Positions 37,448 to 50,077 of a stretch of 64,000 nt of DNA are shown here, piece after piece. The notes below the pieces were generated by a model. The model searched no databases. It was not told where the DNA came from and worked only from the letters and a program-made list of their open reading frames with translations. This DNA comes from Antechinus flavipes. Taxonomy: Eukaryota. The DNA is taken from the NCBI RefSeq assembly GCF_016432865.1, contig NC_067399.1:1922001-1986000 (forward strand), written 5' to 3'. The position numbers and the translations under genes are program-made. Positions within the stretch are counted from its first letter, which is position 1. Each line of letters starts with the position of its first letter.

Positions 37448-40400
37448 CCTGGCGGCCCCAGCTGAAACATGAAAGGAGAAGGCCACGTCAACAACAGTGC
37501 CCCTTCCCGATTCCGCCCCCGAGCCGCCATCCCTCAGACCGCAAGCCGTTTCTCCCCACGCAGAGAAGTGGTCGGAGGCTCTCGAGGGAAGGACTGCAGA
37601 GAGAATGGCCCATCCAGACCGCCCGGCTTCCCCCGCGGCCGCCCCTGGTGAAGATCCCGAGGAGTGGGCACAGCCACCCTCTGCTGGTGGAGCAGCAGGG
37701 CCGGAAGCTCGGGACGCGGGCTGCGATGAGGAATTCCTTTAGCACCTCGATGCTTCTAGTGGCATTTAAAAAAAATTAGTTAAGAACCAGAAACAAAGCA
37801 GAAGCCCCTGGAGAGAAGTACAACTAAACAAGCGCAGGGATGCGAGCGTGATGTGGTCAGACTGTGCCGTGAGGGTGGCAAGGGTGATGGTTAGAGAAAC
37901 CCGAGGAAAGGCCGCCTGAACAGATGCAGGGGGAGGCAGCCGAGCCACAAAAAGGGCTCCTCCGGTGAGCAGCAAGAAAGTCACGTGCCCCTTCACAGGC
38001 CTAAGGAGGGCCTGGCTCGGCCCTACGCACTCTTAGAGCCATGGCTCTTTAAAATCCCCTTCGTTCTGTGGGCCGACGCTTGGGGAAGGGGGGTGTGTAA
38101 GAAAGAGAGGCTCTCAATAGAAGTGGACTTTTACCCAAGGGCAGCCAGGTTCCTCCTTCCCGCACTGCGGGAGAAGGCTCAGCGTGGCAGACGCCACAGA
38201 CCCTGTCAGCTTCTCTGAGGGCGGCTTCATTGGACCACACTGCTCCCCCTTCTCCCCTTCATCCCAAATGACAGCTCACAGGGGACGGGATGATACAAGT
38301 GGCAACAAAAGTGGCGTGAATTTGAAAATGATACTGTTTTTAAGGACCGTCCCAGACCCTCAGGGAGCCTGGGAGCCACTGGTCTTCATCCCTCCCAACG
38401 ATGACCTTTCCGGTCGTCACCTCACTCCACACTGCAGCATTTACTTATCAGTGCTCCGTGAGAGCAACGAGTCTCTCCCCAAACCCGTTCCGACCGTGAA
38501 GTCAGAATCCAGCCAATGGGGGGCTGGTTCCCGAAGAGGGAGCAAAGCGAAGCAGAGTGAGATGGCTCCTCTGCCCTTCCGGGCCCTCCCCCCTCCCCAC
38601 TGAGGTACCAGGGACCAGCAGCTGAGGAGGAAAGGGAGCATCCGAAGGGGGACACGCAGGGCCCCGCCCCCCCTGAGCTGAGGGCGAGGAGGACAAAGGC
38701 GGGCAGGGGCGAGGAGGACCAAGGCTGGCAGGGAGCGAGGAGGACCAAGGCTGGCAGTGGTCAGGTGACCGCAGGAATGGGAGGGATTAGGGACAGGATG
38801 AGTAGATTACAAAGAGGCTGGGGAAGAATTCTCAAAAGAATGGTAAGCCATTTACATAAGATTGCTCAGGACACCAATAACAGTGAGATAAAAGGAAAAC
38901 AAAGTTAAGCCAGCAAAGGGATAAAAAAGACAAAAGATGGGAGGCTCCAAGAGATGAAAAGAATGTAGAAGAAAAGAATATTCCTGGGCCACAAACTAGC
39001 AGTCAGGAAGACAAGAAACAATGTCTTAAGTTAATTTAATTAAACTTCATTACTTAAGTAAACAAAAGGGAGAAAATGCTGTAAATCCTGACCAAGACTG
39101 GCCCTGGAGAAGAGTAAATTAGGGAATAAAAAAATAGCCTCTTCAAGGTTAATGAAACCCTTTGCAAATAGGATCCCATTATCTTGGGAGTTAGGGGCTA
39201 TCATTAATCCCCTTTGTTCCAGAAGAGGAAACTTAGGCTGAGGGAGAGTGACTATGGCCATATTGAACTCAAATCTTCTGGGCTTAAGCTTAGGGTCCTA
39301 ACCACAGCCTCACGTGGCTATTCAGGTCCCAGGATGCCCAGGCCCTGGGAATGCAAATGTACAAGCGGGACAGGTTCTGCCTCAAGGAGCTTCCATTCTC
39401 GGTATGATTTCCTGCTCCGACATAGAGGTGACTTCGGCATAGATCTGATGGGCGGGCGAGTCTGCACTTGTGTCCAGTCCTAGAGCAGAACTCCAAATGG
39501 GAGGCAAGAGAGAAGGGCAGGAGCAAAACGGCCACAAAAGCCCCATCTGCCAGGCAGGAGCTGGCTTTGTAAAGTGCGCCTTCCCCGCTTCCTAACAGGA
39601 CTAAAGGGCTCTGGATGGGAACACGCTGCCACATACGGTGGACTTGGCTGAGTTCTGCTTTTGGAAAATTCCCTTTAAAAGTCTTCGCTCTAAGGAGTGG
39701 CTCCCTGCGAGAGCGAAGGGCTATATTAAGAAATGGAGGCGAGATAAAAACAAAAGATTAAGAAGCAAAGATGAAAGGAGTCAGATGCAACTGGGCTAAT
39801 AATAGCATTTACCTTCACAGGACTGGGATGAGGAGCAAGTGAGATAAGGAGATGAAAGCTTCTGGCAGGCTGGCTGCTGGAGACTGGCCTTCTTTGCCTA
39901 CAAAAGCTGAGGCAGCCAAGGGAAGGAGGCACCCGGTAATGGGGGTGAGAGGGCCAGAGGATTTTGGGCATGAGGAGGAGCAGGAAGATGAGGAGGGGAA
40001 AAAGAGAGGGGGGAGAAGAGGAAAAGGGGAGGAGGAGGAAGAAGGAGGGAGAGGAAGGAGAGGGAAAGGGGAAGAGGAGGAAGATAGCTGTTCCAACAAG
40101 TGAACACTCAGGAGTCCATAGGGATGAGCTCCCAAGAGAGTGTCTGGCGACCCCAGATCTGGTAAATGGCACACTTGGGTTCAGAACTCCCTCTTGGATG
40201 CCTGGGACAGAGAAGGACCCAGAGCGGGGATCCATAGGACCTTATGAAACAGCACTCCAGCCTGGAGGAGGCTACAGGCTTCCAAGGGGGGTGTCCTGGG
40301 CTCCCGAGGCATAAAACTGAAGGTGGCACCTTCAGGCGCCTCCCAGCCTCCAGCCACTGACTAGGAGACCTGAGGTGCAAATCCTGCTGTCCATGGTGCT

Positions 40401-41974
40401 GATCCCGCTCACAGAAATCCCCCTCTCTCCCCCCAGTTTGGATCTCTGAATCACACCCTGAGAGGGGGAGGGAGCACAAGTGAGCTTTGGGAAAGAAAAG
40501 GTCTCAGTTACACACTGAAAAGTCGTTCCACATAATCACAGGATTAAAGTGGGCCCATTCCGATGCAACCAACCCACTGGCTAAGCTCGGCAGGGGAAGG
40601 TCCCGTTGGGCGCTGCCCCGTGACTCGGGCCCGCTTTGTCCACTCCACCCTCTGACCGCGGCCAGCTCGCTAACCTCAGCCAAGGACCAGGCACTTGGAG
40701 GGTGAGGGCCCGGAAGAGCTGAGCTCGGGGAGCAGGGAGGCCGTTCCCTGGGCCTCGTTTGGGAGAAAGAAGGGCTCGGCCCCCAGAACTCTGCCACTTT
40801 CGTGATGCCCCGGGGCCAGATCCCCCAATAAGCAACCTGGGCCAGTCAGACATGCTTCTCTCCCCATTCCTCGGGCAAAATGTTCTCTCGTGGCCTTTAG
40901 CAAGATTAGCACAGAAGCAGGAAGACCTGTCTCTGCGAGTGTGAACAAAGGAGGAGGAGGAGGAAGGGGAGAAGGATGAAGAGTGGAAAAGGAGAGGAGG
41001 GGGAAAAAGGGGAGGAGCAGGAGGAGGACAGGGTTTCCAGCTTGGTCTGACTATTAGCTTCTCCTGAGGACTGAGGGGCAGCCTGGAGCCCTACAGAATC
41101 ATGGGCATATATTCCTGCTCTGTGAGAGGGCCTCGAAGGGAGCCCCTGCTGGCCTCAGAGGCAGCTCTGGGGCCTTAACGTTCAAGGGCAAGGAGGTGGG
41201 GCAGAAGCCACTGGCAGCAGACAGGGCCGCCCCTCACACTGGGGCCAGGATCCTGCTGCCCCTCCAGGCTGCCAGCCTCCTTCTCCGGATTTGACTTCAA
41301 GGCTTCCGTGGTTGGCTAATGGCCCTCCTCCCCTAAAATACAAGGTATGGGAGGGTGGGACTGCCTTTCTCTGGGCTCCAGGGAACCGGGGAGGCTCCAA
41401 CACTGGCCACAGCACGAAAACATCTTCGTCCTCCTCTTTGTTTCTATCCTGGACAAGAGCTGGGCTTTCTTCTTTTTGTGAAGATCAGAAAATCAGAATC
41501 TGAGGCAGAAAGGGCCGTTTGCATCAGCTGCTCCAGCTTCCAGCAGGCCGCTCTCTGGGGCCACTCAGAACCAAAGGAAACGCTCTTCTGCGGGACGGAC
41601 ATTGCCCTCTCAAGCCTTTCTTCCTCCAGCCTAAATCAAAATCCGTGGACTTCCCCCGAGTTGTGTATGGGGGTCAGGTCCGTTTGCTCTCCCAGGGACC
41701 TTCCAGCTTAACTACCACAGGATCTTCCAAACATTACCCTGCAGAGGCTAAAGGAGCTAATATCCCCTCTTGGGCTGACCTTTGGCTCCTGGTTTTCCCA
41801 GAAAGAGGAGACCCTGAGGCAGGCAGCCATTCCCTGGCGCTCAAAGTTCAGCAGAATTCAAACCTCGTGGGGACCTGGCCAAGCAAAGAGAGCTCCTAGG
41901 TGGCCGAAAGTCACAAGCCTTAGAGGGGAGCCCTGTTCCATCACCCACTAAATCTTAATGCAGTTTCCCAAGCC

Positions 41975-42200
41975 TATGGTTTCCCTCCTTGTTTCATTAT
42001 GTTCAACTCTTTGTGACCCAAAACCATTGGGATTTTCTCTGTAGAGATTCTGCAATGATCTGCCATTTCCTTCTCCAGCTCACTGTACAGATGAAGAAAC
42101 TGAGTCAGACAGGGGAGTGACTTGCCCAGGACCACACAGCTCCTAAGTGTCTGAAACTGGATTTGAACTCAGGGCTTCCCGACTACATTGGTATCTTCTA
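41975..42200 (-). mobile_element. MAR1-like SINE
   Basis: ttcaactctttgtgaccc...tttccttctccagctc...acagatgaagaaactgag...ggatttgaactcagg. Confidence 0.7.
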
Positions 42201-42449
42201 CTGTACCGAGTGATGATCTTTCTAAATGAAGGTCTGATGACGTCATTGCCCTGCACGTAAAACCAGCCTAGGGCCTCCCGGACCAAATACAAAGTGCTCT
42301 GTGGGCATTCAAAGCCCCTCAGGACTTCCCTCCCCATTCTTCATTGCTCTGGTCTGAAACACTCTTCCTCCTCCCCTCTGCTTCCCAGCTCCCTGTAAGT
42401 CCCTTTTAGAGGAAGCCAGTGCTGATCTCCCTCCTTCTGCCTATTATTT

Positions 42450-45180
42450 CACATTTGTCCGTAGTCCACTGTGCTCACAGAGGACCAAAGGTCAGCACTG
42501 TGTCAGAGGCAAGTCGGCCGATCAGACCCACAGAAGTTGGGGCCGTTCTGCCGCTGGTCGGACGCAGGGTCCTCGTGAACCCTGGGGAGCTTTTCTGATG
42601 TTGCACATCTTGGTTTTCTTCTGAGCCGATCTCATCCTGCTTTGCTCCTAGGGCACGGCCCCTTCCCTGATGAGAGTGGTCCTGGGCCAGGGTCTCTCGT
42701 GTGATACAATCGATTCTGAAGTTCTTAAGGGAGACCTTGCGAGTGTCGCTTCTTCTAGCCTCCCCGCGAGCATTTGTCCATTCTCTGTAAAAGAGTCTTT
42801 TTGGCAAGATATTGGGCATTCGAGCAACAGTCAGCCCGTCCGAGCTGGGCCCTTTGCAGTGGGTTCGAGTGCTCGGCATTCAACAAGGGAAAGGACTTGT
42901 GCTGTTGGTGAGCTGCAGAACCTTCCCAAGTTCCCAAGGTAATCCAGATGGTTTTGGTTTCCTGGCACGACACAGGCAGACCGTCCATACAACAGCCGTC
43001 GGGACAGGGGCTCAGTAAACTTCCAGCTGGGTGGTCAGTCTAATATCTTCTCTCCCCCACACTTTCCTTCGGAGCCTTCCAAACACTGAACCTGCCCCGA
43101 CTGTGGGTCAACCTCATTATCACTGTGGACATTTCCAGAAAGTATCCCGCCAGGGTAAGGGAGCTCATTCACTTTTCCATTTGCTGCAACCATTGGGCCC
43201 CGTGTGGAGGGTGGAGCACCCATGTGTTCTTGGTGTTCATCATCATTAGGGAGGAGAAGAGACTCGTCCATACGCGGTGTTGCTGCTCAGGGCACTGCTC
43301 AGGGCACGAGGTTGCTCCACAATCAGCCAGGAACCAGGAACAGTCACCCACCAGCTCTTCCTTGGCCTTCCTTTAGGCTGGAAGCGTTTTCAAGCGACAT
43401 CATTTAGCATGGGTGTGGCGGCTGACTCCAGGCCCTTTCATCCTCCCTGAAGGCATCTAACACTGTTGAACTCCAAGCTAAAAAGCATGGAAGTGGGAGG
43501 GCTTCCACTGGTGAGAAAGTGAAAAGGCACCATTCACCACCCAAGCCCCAGGCCAGCGTGCTGCCAGGAAACATAAACCTGGCGGCCTTCTCCAAGTGAC
43601 AGACCTCGATACCCTCTTCCTAAGCTCTCTTGATGACAGTGTCAAAGCCTTGGTAAGATGTACAAGTGTCGTGTCCAGACCTCTGAGCTGTTCCTGACGT
43701 TTCTCCTGGAGCCGTCGGGCAGCAAACCACCATCGACGGTTCCTCGACCCTTTCTGAAGCTACGCTGGCTCCCGGGGAGATGACCTTCTTCCAGATGCAG
43801 GATCAGCCACGGAAAAGGACTGGCAAGAATCTTGCCAGCGATGACCAAGAGAGCTCTCCCCACGACTGTCACAGGCCAATCCGTTTCCTTTGCTTTATAG
43901 AGATGGACAATGGAGGTCTTGAACTCCAGCGGGCCAACCTCCTCTCGCTATATAACCCAGAAGACTTCAGTTAGCTTTTGTATTAGCAATGGATCCCCCA
44001 ACCTTGTGAATCTCCGCTGGAACAGAACCGTACCAGGAGCTTTGTCCCATGAAAGGAGCCCGATGGCACTGAAAATCTCTTCTTCAGTTGGAGATCTGTC
44101 TAGAGAGGGACTGACTGAGGTCAGGTAACCGAGGTAAAGGGTCAATGGCTCAGCCTTGCTCCACGATGTTCTGTCACTATGGAAGTTCCCAGGATCATGT
44201 CCTTGTGACTAATCATGTGGCTGCATCAGCGCGAGTATTTGAGATGTATCATAGCCCTTTGCTCCATAACCAGCCTTCAGGACATCGTAAAAACACTGGA
44301 GTGTTGCCGTCAGCATAAGGGAGTTCCATCCCCTTCTGGCTGAGTCAAGAGTCCTGCAGCTGTTTAAGTTTCCACAGCACTTTACTTCTGGTGGAACTGA
44401 ATGCTGCCTTCTTAGAGAGACGGAGGCGCAATTCTGCCGCTAAACGCTGGGAGTTCTTGTTTCTCATTGAGCAGCTTCTGAATCTCCAACATTTTCATCA
44501 AAGCCGACTCGATGTTCGCAAGGGTTCTGGCCTGGAGGAGTAAATACGGCGCCATACGTCAGGTCTCCGAAAGCTGCCCGCTCCTTGTCGGCTCCACTGT
44601 TGCCAAGCACGTGCTGGCTCAGCTTTCCCTTCAACCCGGCGACAAACTGCTCCCCTAGAGGAGTGCTTGACGTTCCGCTTCTCTCTGTCTTCAGGTTGGT
44701 GCTTTCGTTGAATGTGAACATTCAGCTTGAAAAGGCTGATCTGTGATCAGCTGGCACTCTGCGCCCATCTTGCCTCCGTCACTCTCGCACCAGTTGTCTC
44801 TCCTCTCCACGATCACCTGCCACTGTTTGCTGCGAGGGGCAGCGTCTGGGATGAGGAGGTCGTGGGGCGAATGAAACTTCAGCAACCACTGATGTTGCCG
44901 TTTCCAACGCCATTCCCCCCAAGGCCTCCCTGGTCGTCTGGGCCCACTCTAGCACTAACGTCACCCGGAACGATAGGCTCGTCCCCTTCCGGCACACTGA
45001 TGGCAAGGGTCTCTGGGTTTCGGACCTCACCAGGGTCTGTCACGGTGGGAGCACAGAGGATGGTGGCGTGGCTTTTCCCACAATGGCGACCGCACTGTCC
45101 AAGATCTCTTGCAGCAAAAGCTGGTCCCTTGCAGTTTTCCCCGATTTCATGCACACACCTGAGTGGGTGGGATCATCTTG
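42450..45180 (-). mobile_element. Decayed RTE-clade LINE, about 2.7 kb (endonuclease remnant through C-terminus)
   Basis: Minus-strand peptides: IVPGDVSARVG (APE), PTEEEIFSAIGLLSWDKAPG, LLVIAGKILA...LPGSQRSFRKGRGTVD (RT), and RMPNILPKRLFY...KVSLKNFRIDCITRETLAQD (RTE C-terminus). Many frameshifts. Confidence 0.9.
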
Positions 45181-46109
45181 GCTGAAAGGGCTGGATTTAT
45201 TTTGGTTTCAGTCTCAGGGCGGCTTCCTTGGCTGCTGCAGGAATCGGGCTAGAGCTAGGATAGGTGACGCATATGGTTATTAGGGCCCCTTTTCCAGGCC
45301 CTTCTTCACCCCAGGAGGTGAGCAGCAGCTGCTCACACCCCCGGGGGCTGTTCCCAAGGAGAAAACGACCCTCTGGCTGTGCCGGCCGGGATGGCAGCTC
45401 CCGGTGCTTCTGCCCCAGCCCTCTTGTCTCTTACCAGCTGGCCCGGGACTTGGAGATAAGCAGACAAAGTACGAAGGTGTGGGCCAGGCCCTCTGACTTG
45501 TGCATAAATTGAATTTAAGGGAGGCAGTCACTCAGAGTGACAATTCCAATGGCGGGACGGAAGTCAGGATGAGCAGCAAAGGCTTGGGGTGCAGCAGAGG
45601 ACCCTGGGATCTCCCCTATATCCCAAGCCTCCGCCTTCCTCAGCCCCTGCTTTAGCGCATTAGGGCCACAGACCAAACTTTCTCCCCCACCCTTTCTGGG
45701 GGGATCTCTTCACAGGTTTGGGGCAGACGTTCCCTTAACTCACTCACAGGTTTGCATCTCTCAGTGACCCCTGACCAGGTTCAGACCTTCTGCTGGGATG
45801 TGGCTGCTGCACATGCTGCAGCCACAGGAGAACTGAGTGGATCTGGTGGACAGCCCCTGGGGAAGACTGCTGGGGGGGGAGGGCGTGACGGTCCTCCCCC
45901 AGAGGGGCCAGACTTGGGCAAACCTCCCCTGATTACTCCTCTCTTCCAACTGGCCTAACGCCTGTGTGTTTGCTGGTCTCCTCCATGAGGCTGAGGGCCC
46001 TCTGGAGGTAGGGGCTGTCTTTGTGTCCCTAGTACTTAGCACACACAGTGTCCGGCACTTAGTAGGCACCTACCGAATGCTTCCGAGCGGCTCCTCTTGG
46101 GCTCTTGTT

Positions 46110-46720
46110 ATGGCAAGCTTCATGTTGTGATACTATTTGTGGTCAAGCCCACGCCTCTCTTTTTGCCCCAATCAAGAAAAACAGAAGAAACTTAGCAACA
46201 TCAGTAAGAGCGTGCGTCTTATAGCCTTTAAGGTTAGCAAGGGATGGGACAAATACTCGTTTTTCACTTCACCTAGTGAACGCTTTGAGAAAATTTCGGG
46301 GAGCGCTGGGAACAGCTTGCTTCTGGAGCCATGAGAGCCGAGGTGGGGCTGGAGCAACAGTGGCCAGAGAGCTCCGAGCCAACAAGTTTGACACAAACAA
46401 AACCAAAGCGCCTCAGACAATGAGGAAACCGAGAACTGGGGGAAATCCTTGCACACGTAAGCGGGGCCTGAAGTCCAAGACACATGTAAGCAAATACAAA
46501 ATGTGAAAATGCAACAGAAACAAATACTCCAGCTCCGACAAGACCTAGCCCTAAGTACGACAGCCACACAGACGCGTGTAAGCGTATGGGGAGAGATGTG
46601 TACAAACTCACGCATACATGTCCACCCCCGACGGACCAGACGCCACCCCTCCTCAGAGACTTGCCATCTCACCAACGACCCTCAGGAGAGAAGTCAGGGA
46701 AGCGGACGGCGCTGGCCCAG
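46110..46720 (+). mobile_element. Highly diverged L1 ORF2 fragment
   Basis: NKFDTNKTKAPQTMRKPRTGGNPCT..KRGLKSKTH resembles the marsupial L1 ORF2 segment KSFCTNKTNAAKIRRE.ENW....KGLISKIY; aligned by eye only. Confidence 0.45.
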
Positions 46721-47810
46721 CAGGCACGGCGGGCGGAAGCCGCGGACCACTGGGGAGCGACGATGTGCTCTAAAGGCCCCCGTCTCTCTCCCGTCCCAGG
46801 ACTGGGAAGAGGGACGGATGCCAGACAGATGTGCGACAGACTGACCATTTCCCGGGACCCAAAGCAGCTACTGTGAGTGGGGAGGGGCCTGAAGCTCTGT
46901 GCTGGAGAGAACAGAGAAGCAGGGACTGATGCAGCAGGTGCGGGAGAAGGGCAATAACAGAAACGGCGGGGAGATCCAAAGCCAAGGACCGTTGTCTAGG
47001 ATCCAGTCTGGCCCGGAACCAGAAAGGACTCCGAGCAATTAGAAACCTCATGGCGGAGGTGGGGGGCCGCGGAGGTGACAAGCTGAATGCAGACTCTTAA
47101 GGGAGCCGTCCTTGGGTAAGGAATGGATGGATGGAGGGGGAGGAAGCATGTGAAAATGACCACAACAGAGAGCAACGCTCATTTGAAAACACCTGGGCTT
47201 CTCCTGTGGGTGGGAGGGGCCCCATCCCCCCAGTGCCAAAGAGGAGACAAGGAGGAATTGGGGGAGGGGCTGCAGGCAGACTGGCCCAGATGCCTGGGGA
47301 GGGCGGCTGGCTTCTCCAACCCCTGGGAAGGGTGGGGTGACTCCCCCTCCGTGCCCATCCTGACCCTCCTTCAGAAAACGTGCTGCTCAGAACCGCCCCG
47401 TTCCGGGGGTCCCCAATCCCCCTCCCCCCCAGGTCTCTTGTCCACTTCCCCAAGCCAGGGAGCCGCCCTCTGACCCGGCCTGTACGCTGCTGACTCCTCT
47501 CCTCGCCCGGCCCACAGGCTGACTCGCCACCAACTTCCCCGGCCTCCCCGGCTCCGCTCCAGGCGCTCTGGCCCCGGGGTCTCCCAGCCTCGGTGGCTTT
47601 CCCGGGCCCGGGCCGGCTGGGGCGGGGGTGTGCCCAAAAGGGCCTCCCAGGAGCTCCGGGGGCAACCTGGCCCCCGCCCCCCAATTCCTGGTTCGGATCT
47701 CGTCGGACCGCTGCGTCTGCAGGCTCTGTCCCGCTCCCCAGCCCTGGAAGCAGTCCCCTCCCTTCCCCCACAAGCCCCTCCCCGCCGCCGCCGCTCGGCC
47801 CCTTCCTCAC

Positions 47811-48010
47811 CCCAGTCGTTCGCGTCTGCACCGCTGGGACTCCCTTCAATTTTCCAATCCGATCCCTCAGATCGGACCTTTGCTTCTTCTCCTCCTCCTC
47901 CTCCTCCTCTTCCTCCTCGGCCTCTGCCTCTGGGTTCCGGGCCAGACGTGCACGAGCGTGCGCCGCCCCGGCGGAGGCGGGAGCGAGCGAGCGGCGGGCT
48001 AGGGTGGGCG
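47811..48010 (-). other. UBXN2A: Candidate non-coding first exon of UBXN2A
   Basis: CpG-island segment with a (GGA)n run, ending in donor TGGG|GTGAGG at 47811/47810. The first coding exon has an acceptor and needs an upstream exon. Inference only. Confidence 0.3.
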
Positions 48011-48639
48011 GCCCACGCCCCCACGGGAGCCCAGGTTGGGGTGGGGGGGACTGCTGAGTCCCGCCCCGGCTCTGCTCTGCGCGTCCCGGGCCCGCGGGCG
48101 CGGTGTCCGGCCCCAGACGCGGAAGGGCCGTCCCGGGGTGACCTTCGGCTCAGTGAGCCCCGGCTTCGACCGGACCGGGCTCTGACTTCCTGCTCTGGGC
48201 CGGGCGAAGGGCGGGGGGAGGAGGGAGGCGGAACCGGTGAATCCAAAGAGTCTGGAATCCAGAGCAGATACGGGGCTGGGGCCGTGGGTGACTGCGCAGC
48301 GAAGGACAGGGCCCCTGGGGCCTGGGGAAGGGGCGCTTGGGGGCGAGCTGCGGAGCTCTGCTGGACGTCGGGTCCGAGAGGGCTGAGGGACGGCTGGAGC
48401 TGGAGCTCCGCGGGCAGTGCAGAGAGGGTCGTGGCGTCCAGGGGAGCGGAAGAGGAGAGAGGTCGCCCAGGGCCCCTGGGCCCTGCTTGGGGCCACCTGC
48501 TTGGGGGGGTGTCCTGGGCCCCGAGAGCAAAGAGAAGCCCCAGGAGGTCATGGTGGATAGTATGCCGAGAACAGGCGACTGCCACCCGGGCCACTTGGGA
48601 GAGTGGGCTCGGGAGGGTGGGCTCGGCTTGTGGGCGCTA

Positions 48640-48770
48640 AGGAGAGACGGAGAGGATGTTGTACTGTTAGAGTGCAGGCCCGGAGACCGGAGGGACCCGA
48701 GTTCAAATTCAGCCTCTGACAATGAATTGTGTGAACCTGGACAAGGCCCTTAGCCCCAGTTGCCTGGAGA
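48640..48770 (+). mobile_element. tRNA-derived CORE-SINE
   Basis: ggacccgagttcaaattcagcctctgac...tgtgtgaacctggacaagg...ccccagttgcct. Confidence 0.6.
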
Positions 48771-49849
48771 ATTAAGGGGGAGGAGAGAGTCCGGGCTCTC
48801 GTGTAGACTCGGGCAGAAAAGGGAGCAGGGACAAGCGCGGGGATGGCAGGGTCAGTGAGGGGGGCATGGGGGGCATGGGCGCGTCCTTGCACACTCAGGA
48901 GAGGGGCCCCGGGCAGGGGGGGAGGGGCTGGAGCGTCCCCCTGAGCCTTCCTCGGCTCTCCTCCGGAGGCCCGGGACCTGCCTAAGGACATGGCGCTCCC
49001 AGGATGCCGGCAGACTGGGCTTCCTTTAGAATCCTCTGCATTTTATTGCGTGAGTCCTTCAGCGCCCCTGGCCCGGACCCTTCCCTCGAACGACTCCACA
49101 CAAGAGCCTGGGTGAGCTCCGGGCGGGAGCATCTCCGGGACGTGCCGGGGGCCCCACCCGGGGGCTCAGGACCGACCCTTCACAGCGTAGTTTTGACAAC
49201 TTGCGGCGGGTGCTCGGGCGGGCCCTCCCCCGGGCGGGTGGGGGCGGGGCCGGGGCAGTGTCCTGCGGCTCTCCCTCGGGGCCTCGTCGGTAAAGAAGGG
49301 GCCCTGGCGATCCCGGGAGCCTCTCGGGCCCCCCCTGCCCCTGTGGCGGCCCTCTCTGGGGCCGGGCCCCCTCGGCCGTCCCTCCCCCTTTCTCCCTGAG
49401 AGACCTCAGTTTTCACATCTGTCAGACCTGCTAGTCCAGGGCCTCCCGCCACCATAGAGAGGAGACGCGCCAGAACTAGAGCGCCGGGCTGCGCCGGGGC
49501 GGGGCCTAAGTCGGAGAGAGCAACGCCGATGCGCACGCGCGGCTCACGCGCTGCGGGCGGCGCGCACGCACCTCTTATTTCCGCGCTCTCAGCTGCGCGC
49601 GCAAGTACGCCCCGTTACGCCGCTGACGCACGGCTCGCGCCGTTACGCACGCACGCCCCCAGGCCCCCGTCCCGTCTCGTCCCGTCCCGCGGGCGTCGGG
49701 AGCGCGCGCGCCAGAGAAAGGGGAACGATGGCGACTCCACTGGGCCGCTCCCGAGGCCGCTGACAAGGCGGCGGGGCCGGGGCCGGGCCGGGGCCTGCGC
49801 TGCTGCCCAGCGCCCGCGGGCCCGAGCAGCGAGGCGAGCCGGGGCTGCC

Positions 49850-50077
49850 ATGGTGAACACCCGGAAGAGCGCTCTGCGCCTCCTGGGCGGAAAGGCGGCC
49901 GGGTCCGGGTCCGGAGGGGCCGGCGGGGCGGCCGGCGGCACAGCCGGGTCCGGAGGCGGGCACTTCATCTCGTCCCGCACGCGCTCCTCCAAGAGCCGCG
50001 CGGCCGGAGCCAAGGCGGGCCCGGGGGCGGCGGCGACGGCGGCCGGAGCTGGAGCCGGGGACCTGGACGACGCCCGG
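49850..50077 (+). CDS. ATAD2B: ATPase family AAA domain containing 2B, coding exon 1 (76 codons); later exons not found in this window
   Basis: MVNTRKSALRLLGGK...HFISSRTRSSKSRAA...DLDDAR matches the recalled human MVNTRKSSLRLLGSK...HFISSRTRSSKTRAA...TLDEAR. Kozak gctgccATGG; donor CGG|GTAAGA at 50077/50078. Confidence 0.93.
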
